Shown here one piece after another: positions 38,470 through 50,600 of a DNA stretch of 64,000 bases. Position numbers and translations under genes: made by a program. Every line of letters begins with the position of its first letter. The first letter of the stretch is position 1. The notes under the pieces are model-generated. The model was not told where the DNA came from. It was given only the letters and a program-made list of their open reading frames with translations, and made no database searches. The DNA comes from Mustelus asterias (lineage: Eukaryota): the NCBI RefSeq assembly GCF_964213995.1, contig NC_135804.1, positions 71,238,001 to 71,302,000 of the forward strand, read 5' to 3'.

Positions 38470-38800
38470 GGATAGGTCAGCTTTGGTCTTGTCAGCACAG
38501 AGAGGCTCCTCAAACTGCTGTGCTGCCTGCCTGAAGCCCTGGAACACATTTCTTCTTTCCACGAAAACATGCACAGTTCTGTCATACAGAAGCTCACTCA
38601 CACCAGCTTATAAATCAGTTTTCCCAAGTCTGCAAGGAGTTAGGACTGGCAGAGTCAAAAAGACCAAAGTTATGGGCCAAGTTGTAGAGATTCCAGCTTC
38701 CAACAACACTGAACCTCACTCTGGAGGTCACCGAAAGCTTCACAAACTTTGGGTCAACAGTTACCAGCAAACTGTTCGTTGATGCTAAATGCTGAATAAT
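38470..38800 (+). mobile_element. Old RTE-clade LINE RT remnant
   Basis: Frameshifted FGLVSTERLLKLL..ISSFHENMHSSV / QLINQFSQVCKELGL / KKTKVMGQ / TLEVTESFTNFGSTVTSKL. Confidence 0.75.
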
Positions 38801-39049
38801 ATACTGACCCAACGGAACACAAAGCTGCAGGGAATCGAGGGCCAGTGTTGGGTTCCTTACAGAGCACAATCTCCGGCAATGGTTTAAAACAATGTCTTTT
38901 CATGTTCCTGTACTGCTTTCAAGTATCTAAAATGATTCTCTTTGATCCACAGCAATTTGGAGTAATTCTTCTATGCCAGAGGAGGGACTCACTGATTCCT
39001 CCAAAACAGCACGTGACTGCGCATCTCCTGCTGTCCTGTAAGTTGTCAG

Positions 39050-39220
39050 TAATTGCCTGACAACTTATTTCTCTCTGAAGAATCCTTCAGGGCACACTTC
39101 TTACGATGGTGAATCTCTATAAAATAGTCGTTTGTTTGCCAACAACTTTATAGAGATTCACAATCGTAAGAAGTGTGCACTGAAAGATTCTTCAGAGAGA
39201 AGTCAGTTGTCAGGAAATTA
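39050..39220. repeat. Hairpin with about 74-bp arms; a third copy of the arm lies at about 37963-38038
   Basis: 39050-39123 is the reverse complement of 39147-39220. Confidence 0.85.
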
Positions 39221-39482
39221 TGCATTTAAATTCAGAGCTGACACTAATAGCAAATGTACTGGACAAACTAGTACACAAAATAGGGCTCTGATCACAGGTG
39301 TTGATCCTCTCACCATTCAGTTGAAGTATTGCGAAGACTTGGTCAATGTAGAGATTTCAGGGTGCTTCACAGTTTGGGAAAGTGAAGCTATGAATGGTGA
39401 TGGGTCTGGACTAAACTCCATCAATAACGGACTCACCTTGCTCTCCAGAAGTGTCAACATTGCATGCTGCAGATGAGACAAA

Positions 39483-40895
39483 GTTTAAAAAGGGCTGCAG
39501 GGAAAAGCCTGGGAACTACAGGCCAGTGAGCCTCACATCTGTAGTGGGTAAATTGTTGGAAGGTACTTTGAGAGACAAGATCTACAGGCACTTAGAGATG
39601 CAAGGACTGATTAGGGACAGTCAGCATGGCTTTGTGAGTGGAAAATCATGTCTCACAAATTTAATTGAGTTTTTTGAAGGGGTAACCAAGAAGGTAGGTG
39701 AGGGCAGTGCAGTTGATGTTGTCTACATGGACTTTAGCAAGGCCTTTGACAAGGTACCGCATGGTAGGTTGCTGCATAAAGTTAAATCTCACGGGATCCA
39801 GGGTGAGGTACCTAAATGGATACAAAATTGGCTTCTGTCGTTGTAGAGAGTTGTTTTTCAAACTGGAGACCTGCGACCAGCGGTGTGCCTCAGGGATCAG
39901 TGCTGGATCCACTGTTATTTGTCATTTATATTACTGATTTGGATGAGAATATAGGAGGCATGGTTAGTAAGTTTGCAGATGACACCAAGATTGGTGGCAT
40001 AGTGGACAGTGAAGAAAGTTATCTCCAATTGCAACAGGATCTTGATCAATTGGGCCAGTGGGCTGACGAATGGCAGATGGAGTTTTAATTTAGACAAATG
40101 CGAGGTGATGCATTTTGGTAGATTGAGCTAGGGCAGAACTTACTCAGTCAATGTTAGGGCGTTGGGGAGAGTTACAGAACAAAGAGATCTAGGGGTACAT
40201 GTTCATAGCTCCTTGAAAGTGGAGTCACAGGTGGACAGAGTGGTGAAGAAGGCATTCAGCATGCTTGGTTTCATCGGTCAGAACATTGAATACAGGAGTT
40301 GGGACGTCTTGTCGAAGTTGTACAAGACATTGGCAAGGCCACACTTGGAATGTTGTGTGCAATTCTGGTCACCTCATTATAGAAAGGATATTATTAAACT
40401 AGAAAGAGTGCGGAAAAGATTTACTAGGATGCTGCCGGGACTTGATGGATTGAGTTATAAGGAGAGGCCGAATAGACTGGGACTTTTTTCTCTGGAGCGT
40501 AGGAGGCTGAGGGATGACCTTATAGAGGTCTGTAAAATAATGAGGGGCATAGACAAGGTAGATAGTCAATATCTTTTCCCAAAGGTAGGGGAGTCTAAAA
40601 CTAGAGGGCATAGGTTTAAGGTGAGAGGGGAGAGATACAAAAGTGTCCAGAGGGGCAATTTTTTCACACAGAGGGTGGTGAGTGTCTGGAACAAGCAGCC
40701 AGAGGTAGTAGTAGAGGCAGGTACAATTTTTCTTTTAAAAAGCATTTAGATAGTTACATGGGTACGATGGGTATGGAGGGATAGGGGCCAAATGCGGGCA
40801 ATCGGGATTAGTTCAGGGGTTTTGAAAAAGAAAGGGCGGCATGGACAAGTTGGGCCGAAGGGCCTATTTCCATGCTGTAAACCTCTGATTCTATG
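39483..40895 (+). mobile_element. CR1 RT-3' fragment
   Basis: Runs from FKKGCREKPGNYRPVSLTS to the 3' tail, with frameshifts. Confidence 0.92.
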
Positions 40896-41244
40896 ATAAG
40901 GGGGTTTGAGAGAGGCATGACAAGAAGCACGAAATAATAGCATGCAGGATGAGGAGGAATTTCTTCTCTTAGAAGGTTGTTAATCTTTGGAATTCTCTAT
41001 CTTAGAGAGCAGTGCAGGCTGCATCACTGAATTTATTCAAGGTCAAGCTGGATTTTTGATCTACAAGGGAGTGTAGGTAATGGCGAGACCAAAAGAAAAG
41101 TGGAGTCAATGTCACGTCAAATCAGCCATAATCTCATTGAATGATGGAACAATCTCAAGGGCACAAATAGCCTACTCCTCCTCCTAGCTCTTGTAATTGT
41201 ATGATATGGAGCAATTAAAAAATCTACTTTTATATTAGAGAGAC

Positions 41245-41530
41245 ACAGGTACACACAGAGCACGATAGATACAGAGTAGAAATCTCTCTGCACTACCACC
41301 ATCAAACACTCCCAGGACAGTTACAGCACAGGTTAGATACACAGTAAAACTCTCTCTACACTGTCCCCATCAAACACTCCCAGGACAGCAACAGCACAGG
41401 GTTAGATACAAAATAAAGCTCTCTCTACACTGTCCCCATCAAACTCCCAGGGCAGGTACAACACGGGATTAGATAAAGCTTTCTCTGCACTGGTTCCAGC
41501 AAACGCTCTGGAGTGCATTACAGGACTGTA
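41245..41530 (+). repeat. About 50-60-bp tandem repeat (ctctacactgtccccatcaaacactcccaggacag...ttagatacagagtaaag); a reverse copy lies at about 53455-53560
   Basis: Four to five visible units. Confidence 0.8.
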
Positions 41531-41835
41531 GGGGCAGCACGATGGCACAGCGCTAGGGACCCGGGTTTGATCCCAGCTTGGGTGACTGTCTGTGTGGTGT
41601 GTGCATTTTCTCCCCGTATCTGCATAGATTTCCTCCAGGTGCACTGGTTTCCTCCCACAGTCCAAAGATGTGCAGGTTAGGTGGATTGGCCATGGTAAAT
41701 TGCCCCTTAGTGTCCCAAGATTAGTGGGATAAACGCATGGTGTTAAGAAAGTGCAGCCTGGGTAAGATGCTCTGCCAGAGTCAGTGCAAACTTTATGTGT
41801 CAAATGGCCTCCTCTTGCACTGGAGGAATTCTATA
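41531..41835 (+). mobile_element. Older HE1-type SINE
   Basis: Family match. Confidence 0.8.
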
Positions 41836-41925
41836 ATTTGATAAAATGGTCTTGATTCCAAGATTGCGGTCCCTGCTTTAAGAGTTATTACTCCCTGTGC
41901 GATACTGACATGCTTGTTTATACTG

Positions 41926-42910
41926 ACAGTTTGTTATGGACAAGGAGAAAGTTGGCCTACAAAAGACAGCTTTGGATTGGGGGAAGGCAGATTTTATTAA
42001 AATAAAACAGCATCTGGCCAAAGTTGGCTGGGAACAGCTCCTTGCAGGTAGGGAGGTATAACAGGTATACCGTTTTGGATACTATTGAGGGGGATAGCTT
42101 GTCAGGGGAAGATACCAGCAGCAGCCAGTCCTGTGGCACCACACCTAGTTCTGCTGTAGAGCAGGGTCGGGCAAAGAGCAAGCGAGCTGTAGTAATAGGG
42201 GACTCGCTAGTTAGAGGCACAGACAGGTGTTTCTGTGGCCACGATCGAGACTCCAGGATGGTGTGTTGCCTCCCTGGTGCCAGGGTCAAGAATATCTCTG
42301 AGCGATTGCAGGACATTCTTAAGGGGCAGGGTGAGCAGCCAGAGGTTGTTGTACATATTGGTACCAACGACATAGGTAGGAAAAAGGATGAGGTCCTGAA
42401 GTGTGAATAGACTTTGGCAGAAGGCCTCGAAGGTAGTAATTTCTGGACTACTACCGGTGCCACGTGCTAGTGAGAGCAGGAATAGGCAGATTAGGCAGAT
42501 GAATGCATGGCTTGAGAGCTGGTGCAGGGGCCAGGGATTTAGGGTTTTGGATCATTGGGGTCTCTTCTGGGGAGGGGCTGACCTGTTCAAGAGGGACAGG
42601 TTACAGCTTGAACTGGAGGGGGACTAACATCCTGGTGGGGAGATTTGCTCGAGCCACTCGGGAGGGTTTAAACTAGTTTGGCAGGGGGTTGGGACCCAAA
42701 GCAGTAGGGAGACTGCCTGGGAAGGTAGTGGAGGCGGAAACCTTACAACCTTTAATAAAAAGTATTTGGGTGAGCACTTGAAATATCATAACATTCAAGA
42801 ATATGGGACAAGTGCTGGAAAATAGGGTTAGCGCGACTTTAGTGGTAGTTATTGTCAGTGCAGACTTGATGGGCCAAAGGGACTTTTCTGTGCTGTGTGA
42901 CTCTATGACT
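41926..42910 (+). mobile_element. CR1 patchwork (ORF2 fragment, ORF1 esterase fragment, 3' end)
   Basis: LDWGKADF, VIGDSLVRG and VHIGTNDIG motifs. Confidence 0.85.
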
Positions 42911-42949
42911 TTTCACCTTGCCACTTGCTGAACTCAATATTCTGTACAG

Positions 42950-43049
42950 GTTCAAGACTACAGAGGGTTTGGAGATTTGTGTTGACCCAAAGGAGCTATG
43001 GATGCAAAAAGCACTTGGCATCCTGAAGAAACGGTTTGAACAGAGCTAG
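42950..43049 (+). CDS. Chemokine B, exon 3 (FKTTEGLEICVDPKELWMQKALGILKKRFEQS*)
   Basis: gtacag acceptor in phase 2 and the canonical F.T..G..IC.DP...W motif. ATTTA at 43200 and AATAAA at 43384-43389. Confidence 0.88.
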
Positions 43050-43489
43050 AAACGGAGGTCATGGGGAAGCCCTACAGTGATGAATCTGGACCCAGGAGGC
43101 CACACTCATTCTCGTATCAATAACAGTAGAGAACTCAGTACATTCATCCTGCTGCTTCATCAATCTTTTCCTGTTCTCTCATTTTTTGCTAAACTGCACA
43201 TTTATTTTAGCATTCATATTTCCATGTGTTGGGTTTCTCCAAGGCAAAATACTTTCCTGAAGCTTGCTTCCTTTCATGCAAAGCATCTCTGTACCGGTCC
43301 ACACGATCTTGTGATATTTTTGCTCCATAGTAGTCGAATTATCATGGTTTCTTTCTAATCTGGAATGTTTAGCTGTGTCAGATAATAAAAAGACAATTCT
43401 GCCATCTTTTGTACTCATTATTACTTAGGGCTCACTTCCCATCGAACTGTTCTCATCCAAATCCCAGCCAGATACAAGTACATCAGGTC

Positions 43490-44200
43490 AGATAACTCAA
43501 TTCCTGACTCCACAAAGCCTTCCCAAGTCAGGACTGTAATGGAATACTCTCCACTTGCCTGATGGGTGAAGCTCCAACACAAGCTCAACATCATCCAGCA
43601 TAAAGCAGCCCCCTTGATTCACACCCCCATCCAGCAACTTAACATTCACTCCCTCCACCACTGATGAACAGTGGCAGCTGTGTATACCATCTAAAAGATG
43701 CACTGCAACAACTCACCAAAGTTCCTTAGGCAGCACCTTCCAAACCCACAACTACCACCATCTATTAGGGCAAGGACAGCAGAGACATGCAAACACCAAA
43801 ACTGGAGATTTCTCGACAAGTTGCTCACCATCCTGACGTGGAAATATACCATTGGTGAATGTCTGGAATGCACTGCCTGGGGAGGTGGTGGGAGCAGGTA
43901 CTATAACAACATTTAAGGGGCATCTAGACGAATACATGAATAGGATAGGAATGGAAGGATATGGAATCCGTAACTGCATATGGTTTTAGTTTAGGGAGGC
44001 ATCATGTTTGCGCACAGGCTTGGAGAGCCAAAGGGCCTGTTCCTGTGCCATTCTTTGTTCACTCCTTCGTGTAGCTGGGTCAAAATCCTGGAAATCCCTC
44101 CCTAACAACACTGTGGGTGTACCTACACCTTATGGATTGCAGCAGTTCAAGAAGACAGCTCAGCACCACCTCCTGAAGGGCAATTAGGAATGGGCAATGC
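43490..44200 (+). mobile_element. Old LINE 3' fragment (CR1/L2 group) with a nested CR1 tail
   Basis: Same family as the minus-strand copies at 52530-53400 and 62790-63430. Confidence 0.6.
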
Positions 44201-44897
44201 ACCCACATACTGAGAGAATAAAAAATAATTGGATATCATTCAGCACCAATTGCTAAGTGCTGTTGTGAATAGGGCTGTCTCTGATGTGGGATGGAGAATT
44301 CAAAAAGGCCAGTGGAGAAATGGAGGGGGTATCACCTCAGCAGGCTCTGCATGGGAAGAAGGGGAGAGGGGGGCAGTGTTGGTGGACAGAGATTAATTGC
44401 GCAGCACTAGAGATGATAAAGCACAGGGATGAAGACAGTTGTCAAAGAACCTCATGGTCCACTATCCCATAAAAAGGAATTATGGAAACTAACTTTGATG
44501 TGTGACTGGGGAGAATCAAATGGAGTTGGCTAACACACTCAGCAAGAATGAGACACAGCTCCAGGGAACAGAAGGTGGAAGAAGACTGGCACCAATTTAA
44601 TAGCATAGTACGACACAATGAAATGAATCAGCACCAAAACAATTCAATATACACACAGCAATGGGAACACAGTACAGCAGATCAATATTTATTCTTTTTT
44701 TCAGTTAATATACACATTGAATACAAATAAACCTAATCTCCGCAAGAACTTGATTACAGCATCAATCTGAATGTACCCAATTCAAATAAAGGTCATTAGC
44801 GTGCTAGAGTCACAAGAACAAAGATCCCAGAGTCTGGGTTAAAGAGGAGAATTCCCTGGAACAACAGTACTTGCCTCACAGACGCCATTCAAACAGG

Positions 44898-45008
44898 TCA
44901 GGCATCAGTGAGAGTCTGGTCAGACAGTATGATTTTTTCACCCGGTTTGAAGGCGGGCATCCCCATGTAAGGACAGCTGGCACAACGGAACGCATCACCA
45001 AGGTAGCA
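44898..45008 (-). CDS. CIAPIN1: Anamorsin, last coding exon ([36 protein letters not shown])
   Basis: Hallmark C-terminal Fe-S motif and ttgcag acceptor. Minus-strand AATAAA at 44688-44693. Confidence 0.97.
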   Translation of the reverse strand, partial: CYLGDAFRCASCPYMGMPAFKPGEKIILSDQTLTDA

Positions 45009-45159
45009 CTGCAATAGTGAGAGGGAGTAATGACATCAATGTACTCAACACAAAGAACAAAACAGTCAAGATGCAATAATTGCCAGTTTAACAAGAGATA
45101 GAGATACTCCAGTGTAACGAGGGAGGGGTGGGGGGTGGGGAGCACCCCATCCAGCGGCA

Positions 45160-46095
45160 GAGGGGCGGGGGAGACCCCCGTCTCGTGGGGCAAGTGGGGT
45201 GGGGGAGACCCCCGTCTAGTGGGGGCGGGGGAGACCCCCGTCTCGCGGGGAGTGCCGGTGGAGACCCCAGTCTCACGAGGGCGGGGGGAGGGGGGCGAGG
45301 GAGACCCCCGTCCCACAGGGGAGGCGGGGCAGGGGAGGGGGAGACCCCAGTCTCGCGGGGAGTGCCGGTGGAGACCCCTGTCTCACGAGGGCAGGGGGGG
45401 GGGGCGAGGGAGACCCCCGTCCCGTGGGGGAGACCCCAGTCTCGCGGGGGAGACCACAGTCTCGCGGCGGAGGAGGGGGTGGGGGGGGTGGGGTAGACCC
45501 CTGTCCCGCCAGGGAGACCCACGTCTCGCGGGGGAGGGGGGGGTGAGACCCCCGTCTCACAGGGGAGGGGGCAAGGCAGACCCCGTATCGCGCGGGGGGG
45601 GGGGGGGGGCGGGGGAGACCCCCGTCTCGCGGGGGAGAGGGGGGTCGGGGGAGACCTCCGTCCCACGGGGGAGAGGGGGGGGTGGCGGGGGAGACCCCCG
45701 TCCGGCGGGGGAGACCCCCGTCTCACGGGGGAGGGGTGGGGGCGGGGGAGACCCCCGTCTCACAGGGAAGGGGGGGCGGGGGACCCCCGTCTCGCAGGGA
45801 AGGGGGGGGGGGGCGGGGGAGACCCCTGTCTCACGGGGAAGGGGGGGGCGGGGGTGACCCCCGTCTCACGGGGAAGGGGCGGGGGGGGGGGGGGGGGAGA
45901 TTCCCGTGTCGCGGGGGAGGGGTGGGGAGACCCCCTTCTCGCGGGGGAGGGGGGACCCCCGTCTCGCGGGGGTGGCAGGGGAGAACCCCTCCTCTCGGGG
46001 CAGGGGAGACCCTCGTCTCGTGGGGAGACCCCCGTCCCGCGGGGGAAGGGGATGGTGGGGGAGACCCGTCTCGCGGGGGAGGGGGGGACCCCCAT
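45160..46095. repeat. GC-rich minisatellite (ggggagacccccgtctcgc) in the last CIAPIN1 intron, followed by a GA-rich tract to about 46265
   Basis: Many variable units with long G runs. Confidence 0.9.
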
Positions 46096-46269
46096 CTAAC
46101 GATGGAGAGAGAAATAGAGACACCCCAGTCTAACGAGAGAGAGACCAAGAGAGAGAGAGACCAAGAGAGAGAGAGACCAAGAGAGAGAGAGACCAAGTGT
46201 AACGAGAGAGAGAGTGAGAGAAAGAGAGAGACCCCAGCGTAATGAGAGAGATACACAGAGATACAGTGT

Positions 46270-47695
46270 ATTGAGAAAGATCCCACGGACCTTGAGGGAA
46301 GCTAGTGTTGAACTTGCAGGGGCCCTGGCAGACATATTTAAAATGTCAGTATTCACGGGGGAGGTGCCGGATGATTGGAGGGTGGCTCATGTTGTTCCGT
46401 TGTTTAAAAAAGGTTCCAAAAGAAATCCGGGAAATTATAGGCCAGTAAGTTTGACGTCGGTGGTGGGCAAGTTATTGGAAGGTGTGATAAGGGATAGGAT
46501 CTACAAATATTTGGATAGACAGGGACTTATTAGGGAGAGTCAACATGGCTTTGTGCGTGGTAGGTCATGTTTGACCAATCTATTAGAGTTTTTCGAGGAG
46601 GTTACTAGGAAAGTGGATGAAGGGAAGGCGGTGGATGTTGTCTACCTGGATTTCAGCAAGGCCTTTGACAAGGTCCCTCATGGGAGGTTAGTTAGGAAGG
46701 TTCAGTCACTAGGTATACATGGGGAGGTAGTAAATTGGATTAGACACTGGCTCAATGGAAGAAGCCAGAGAGTGGTCGTGGAGGATTGCTTCTCTGAGTG
46801 GAGGCCTGTGACTAGTGGTGTGCCGCAGGGATCGGTGTTGGATCCATTGTTGTTTGTCATCTATATCAATGATCTGGATGATAATGTGGTAAATTGGATC
46901 AGCAAGTTTGCTGATGATACAAAGATTGGAGGTGTAGTGGACAGTGAGGAAGGTTTTCAAAGCTTGCAGAGGGATTTGGACCAACTAGAAAAATGGGCTG
47001 AAAAATGGCAAATGGAATTTAACGCAGACAAGTGTGAGATATTGCACTTTGGAAGGACAAACCAAAGTAGAACGTACAGGGTAAATGGTAGGACTCTGAA
47101 GAGTGCAGTTGAACAGAGGGATCTGGGAATACAGGTACAGAATTCCCTAAAAGTGAAGTCACAGGTGGATAGGGTCGTAAAGAGTGCCTTTGGTACATTG
47201 GCCTTTATAAATCGGAGTATCGAGTATAAAAGTTGGAGTGTTATGGTAAGGTTATATAATAAGAAGTTTAACAACACCAGGTTAAAGTCCAACAGGTTTA
47301 TTTGGTAGCAAAAGCCACACAAGCTTTCGGAGCTCTAAGCCCCTTCTTCAGGTGAGTGGGAATTCTGTTCACAAACAGAGCTTATAAAGACACAGACTCA
47401 ATTTACATGAATAATGGTTGGAATGCGAATACTTACAACTAATCAAGTCTTTAAGAAACAAAACAATGCGAGTGGAGAGAGCATCAAGACAGGCTAAAAA
47501 GATGTGTATTGTCTCCAGACAAGACAGCCAGTGAAACTCTGCAGGTCCCACAGTTGGACGGGTTCATGGATGAGAGAGGTGTGGAGGGATATGGTCCAAG
47601 TGCAGGTCAGTGGGACTAGGCAAAAAATGGTTCGGCACAGACAAGAAGGGCCAAAAGGCCTGTTTCTGAGCTGTAATTTTCTATGGTTCTATGGG
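46270..47695 (+). mobile_element. CR1 RT-3' fragment interrupted by a Penelope-like fragment (47257-47551)
   Basis: Open RT region (GNYRP...FADDTK). About 430 bp of CR1 is missing at the junction relative to the copy at 21634-22290. Confidence 0.92.
47318..47354 (-). ncRNA. Minimal type I hammerhead ribozyme (Penelope-type)
   Basis: CAC-CUGAAGA-A-GGGGC-UUAGA-GCUCC-GAAA-GC-UU-GUG. Confidence 0.68.
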
Positions 47696-47811
47696 TACTG
47701 AGAAGCTGTGCACACTCTCATATGCTTTTCTGTAATATACTGGAGAATTATTGGCTGTCGTGTTCAGACGGCTGCCAGCTGCGTTGTACCTGAAAGCTTG
47801 GTGATACTCAC

Positions 47812-47893
47812 ACTTCCACAAGATGATTTCACCTGCGGCGTCTTGACATCTTTGGATCCTTTTCCGCCCAGTTCTTCAGCCAGCCCACAGGTA
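47812..47893 (-). CDS. CIAPIN1: Anamorsin, coding exon 7 (TCGLAEELGGKGSKDVKTPQVKSSCGS)
   Basis: ttccag acceptor and gtgagt donor; phases are consistent. Confidence 0.95.
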
Positions 47894-48658
47894 CTGGAAC
47901 AGAGACTGGCAATTATTTTTCAGCTCCTTTTAGCAACACAAGTAATGACCACCTTAAATAGCAATTATATTCTGATGCACTCAGCTGAACAAATAACAAC
48001 CTGAGAGAGGGAGGAGCGGGGCATGAGGAAGTGACGTAGCAAGAGGTGAACAAGGGGAGGGTATTTGTTATTGTGTTCAGGTAGCTGGTGGAGAGATCCT
48101 TTCTTGAACCGCTGCAGTCATGTGGTGTCGGTACACCCGCAATGCTGTTAGGGAGGGATTTTGACCCAGTGACAGTGAAGGAATGGCAATATATTTCCAA
48201 GTCAGGATGGTGAGCGACTTGAATGGGAAGCTCCAGGTGGGACTGTTCCCATTGAACAGAAACTGAACTGGACCAGCCATATAACTACCGCAGCTGCAAG
48301 AGCAGGGTAGAAGTTATACCAATGCTGGCCTAGTCAGTGACACCCATTCTCATGAAAGAATTCTAAAAATACTGTCCTTGAACACCCAAGTAAGCCACAG
48401 GTGAATCACTCTTGCTCAGTTTTTGTTTTTCGATGAATGTATTTTTGTTGAATATTTTGAATTGTTCCTTTAAATGATTTCCACTGTTTATTTACCATCA
48501 TATGTTTTAGTTTATTTATCAATCAATCTTTCCCCTCATACCAATACAATTGATAGTAAAATTCTTGTTTGTGATGGAATACTTTCAATCTTAATGCGGA
48601 GTGTAATTGTATTTTGATTACTATTTCCCAGCAGGTGATGGGAGTGTTTCACACTGAC

Positions 48659-48777
48659 CAGTTTTTACAGGCACGTTTCTTTTTCTTGCCATCTCCGCAG
48701 TCCATGGCCCGCAATGAGGCCGGATCGGGTTTCTTCAAATCCTCCTCATCAAGCAGCTCATCAGAATCAATGAGATC
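48659..48777 (-). CDS. CIAPIN1: Anamorsin, coding exon 6 ([40 protein letters not shown])
   Basis: Highly conserved segment with ccctag acceptor and gtcagt donor. Confidence 0.97.
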
Positions 48778-49002
48778 CTAGGGAAAGACAGAGACTAGAC
48801 ATGGATGGGCTGTCACAGTGAAGATTTGACTTTTGGAATTGTGGAGACTGTGATCTTTATTTAAATATTTGCAGCTAGCTGTTATGATAGTTTTGGATGA
48901 TTGTCCACAATGTAACACCCCTACTTTTTACAGTGAATCAGAATGAAGAACACCATCTGTGTCTTATTGATTTGTTTGATCATGAATATCCAAAGTTGGG
49001 TC

Positions 49003-49295
49003 TGCACAGTGGTTAGCATTGCTGCCTCAGAGCCAGGGACCCAGGTTCAATTCTGGCCTTGGGTGACTGTGTGGAGTTTGCACGTTCTCCACATGTCTAC
49101 ATGGGCTTCCTCCGGGTGTTCCAGTGTCCATCCACAGTCCAAAGATGTGCAGGTTAGTTGGAATGGCCATGCTAAATGTGCACGGTTACGGGGAACGGGC
49201 AGTGGGGTGGGCATGGGTAAAATGCTCTTTCAGAGAATCAGCGCAGACTCGATGAGCCGAACGGACTCTTGCTGCATTGTAGGGCTTCTATAGTT
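49003..49295 (+). mobile_element. Older HE1-type SINE
   Basis: Family match. Confidence 0.75.
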
Positions 49296-49829
49296 CTAAT
49301 GTAAACTGTGATAAGGTTTGGTGGCTTGCTGGCACCCGAGTCATTAATTCTCTTCTCCTGCAGCTCCAGGTGCCTCCGGTGTACTCGACATTTTGTGACT
49401 GAGGGATAAAAGGATAATGGCATTATTTTTCTTACTCTCAAGGTGTGGTCAGCATTTCTTGGCCATTGCTCACTGCTTCAAAGCATTTTGATGCTGAGCA
49501 GCATGCTTGGCCATTGTAGAAGGCAGTTCACAATGAGCCACACAGATGTGAACATCGTGTAAACATGGTAAAGACAGCAAATTAATGAGCCAGATGAGTT
49601 TTACAGCTTCTGTGAATCACAGCCTCAAACTGCCAGGGTGGAATTAGTCCCCGATTGCTAGATCATTAACATCACCTCACTTCCATAGCCAGTGTGTTTC
49701 TGAGCCTACACACACAGGCTGGGGCTGTGCAGAACTGAGACGCTATCTGGCATTCACTGCGGCCAACTCACAATTCTGGTGACAACTAATTCAGCATCTA
49801 ACAACTATCCACCAGGGCCTCCACCACCA

Positions 49830-50120
49830 CCTCCCCCATTGATACAACAAGTGCCAGGATCTGCCCCGCTGCACCCCCACCCCCCCCACCCACCCAAACT
49901 GGTAAAAACTGGGATTGTCCATCCAAACCCCCCACCCCCAGATCTGGGTCAATACCAGGACCACCTCCCCCCCAGTCCGGATAAATATCGCCAATCCCCA
50001 GATCCAGGTAAATATTGGCAATCCTCCCAAATCTGGGTAAATACTGGGAATCCCCCTCCAATTTGGGTAAATACCAGGAATTTCCACCCCCCCGCCCCGA
50101 TCTGGGTAGATACCGGGATT
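49830..50120. repeat. Degenerate minisatellite (cagatctgggtaaatac...ccc)
   Basis: Visible repeated units. Confidence 0.65.
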
Positions 50121-50526
50121 CAGCTTCACAGCTTCATATAGTCACAGCTTGGCTCAACTCACAGTTCCTTTCTGAGTGTGAAAGCTGCGAGTTCAAGCCC
50201 TCCACACTGGAGCTAGCTGTGTCTGCAGGCTCCTCCAGACTGCTTTTGAGGTCTTTGATAGAGAGGTCATTAACACAAGCTCTTCTTTCACTTGGCACAT
50301 CACACTGCAATTCCCTGTACAGGAGAGCTGGATGTGCTAAGGAGGAAGCAGCACAGAGTGGGCACAAAGATTAGAGGGGCTCCACCATCTATGAGCATCT
50401 TGTACCTGGATCTCCAGGGCAGTTGCAGGGGCTTGGCAATTAAACCTCCCCTCTCCCCCACCCAGGGAGGGCCCTAGGAGACTGGAAAAACAGGGAAACA
50501 TGCAGGGTTTGAATAGGAAAGCTCAC

Positions 50527-50600
50527 CACATCATCATCATTCATGTCCATGGCTGTCAGAGTCCAGGCCTTCCTCGTACTGGGGTCCAGCTGAGGTTTCT
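50527..50600 (-). CDS. CIAPIN1: Anamorsin, coding exon 5 (KKPQLDPSTRKAWTLTAMDMNDDDV)
   Basis: Matches human [22 protein letters not shown]; splice sites are in phase. Confidence 0.95.

Noticed and set aside
38496-38600. Candidate chemokine B exon 2 (AQRGSSNCCAACLKP...) with an in-phase acceptor
   Set aside because: Another frame matches RTE reverse transcriptase, the cysteine spacing is wrong, and there is no good donor.
41500-41530. Possible CX3C motif (C-I-T-G-C with a frameshift)
   Set aside because: Aligns as a degenerate unit of the adjacent tandem repeat.
41863-41930. Novel CX2C chemokine exon (DCGPCFKSY)
   Set aside because: No suitable donor, and it runs into CR1 sequence; better read as a frameshifted 3' remnant of exon 2.
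45088-46356. Multiple overlapping Gly/Pro/Arg-rich ORFs
   Set aside because: Stop-free minisatellite in a CIAPIN1 intron.
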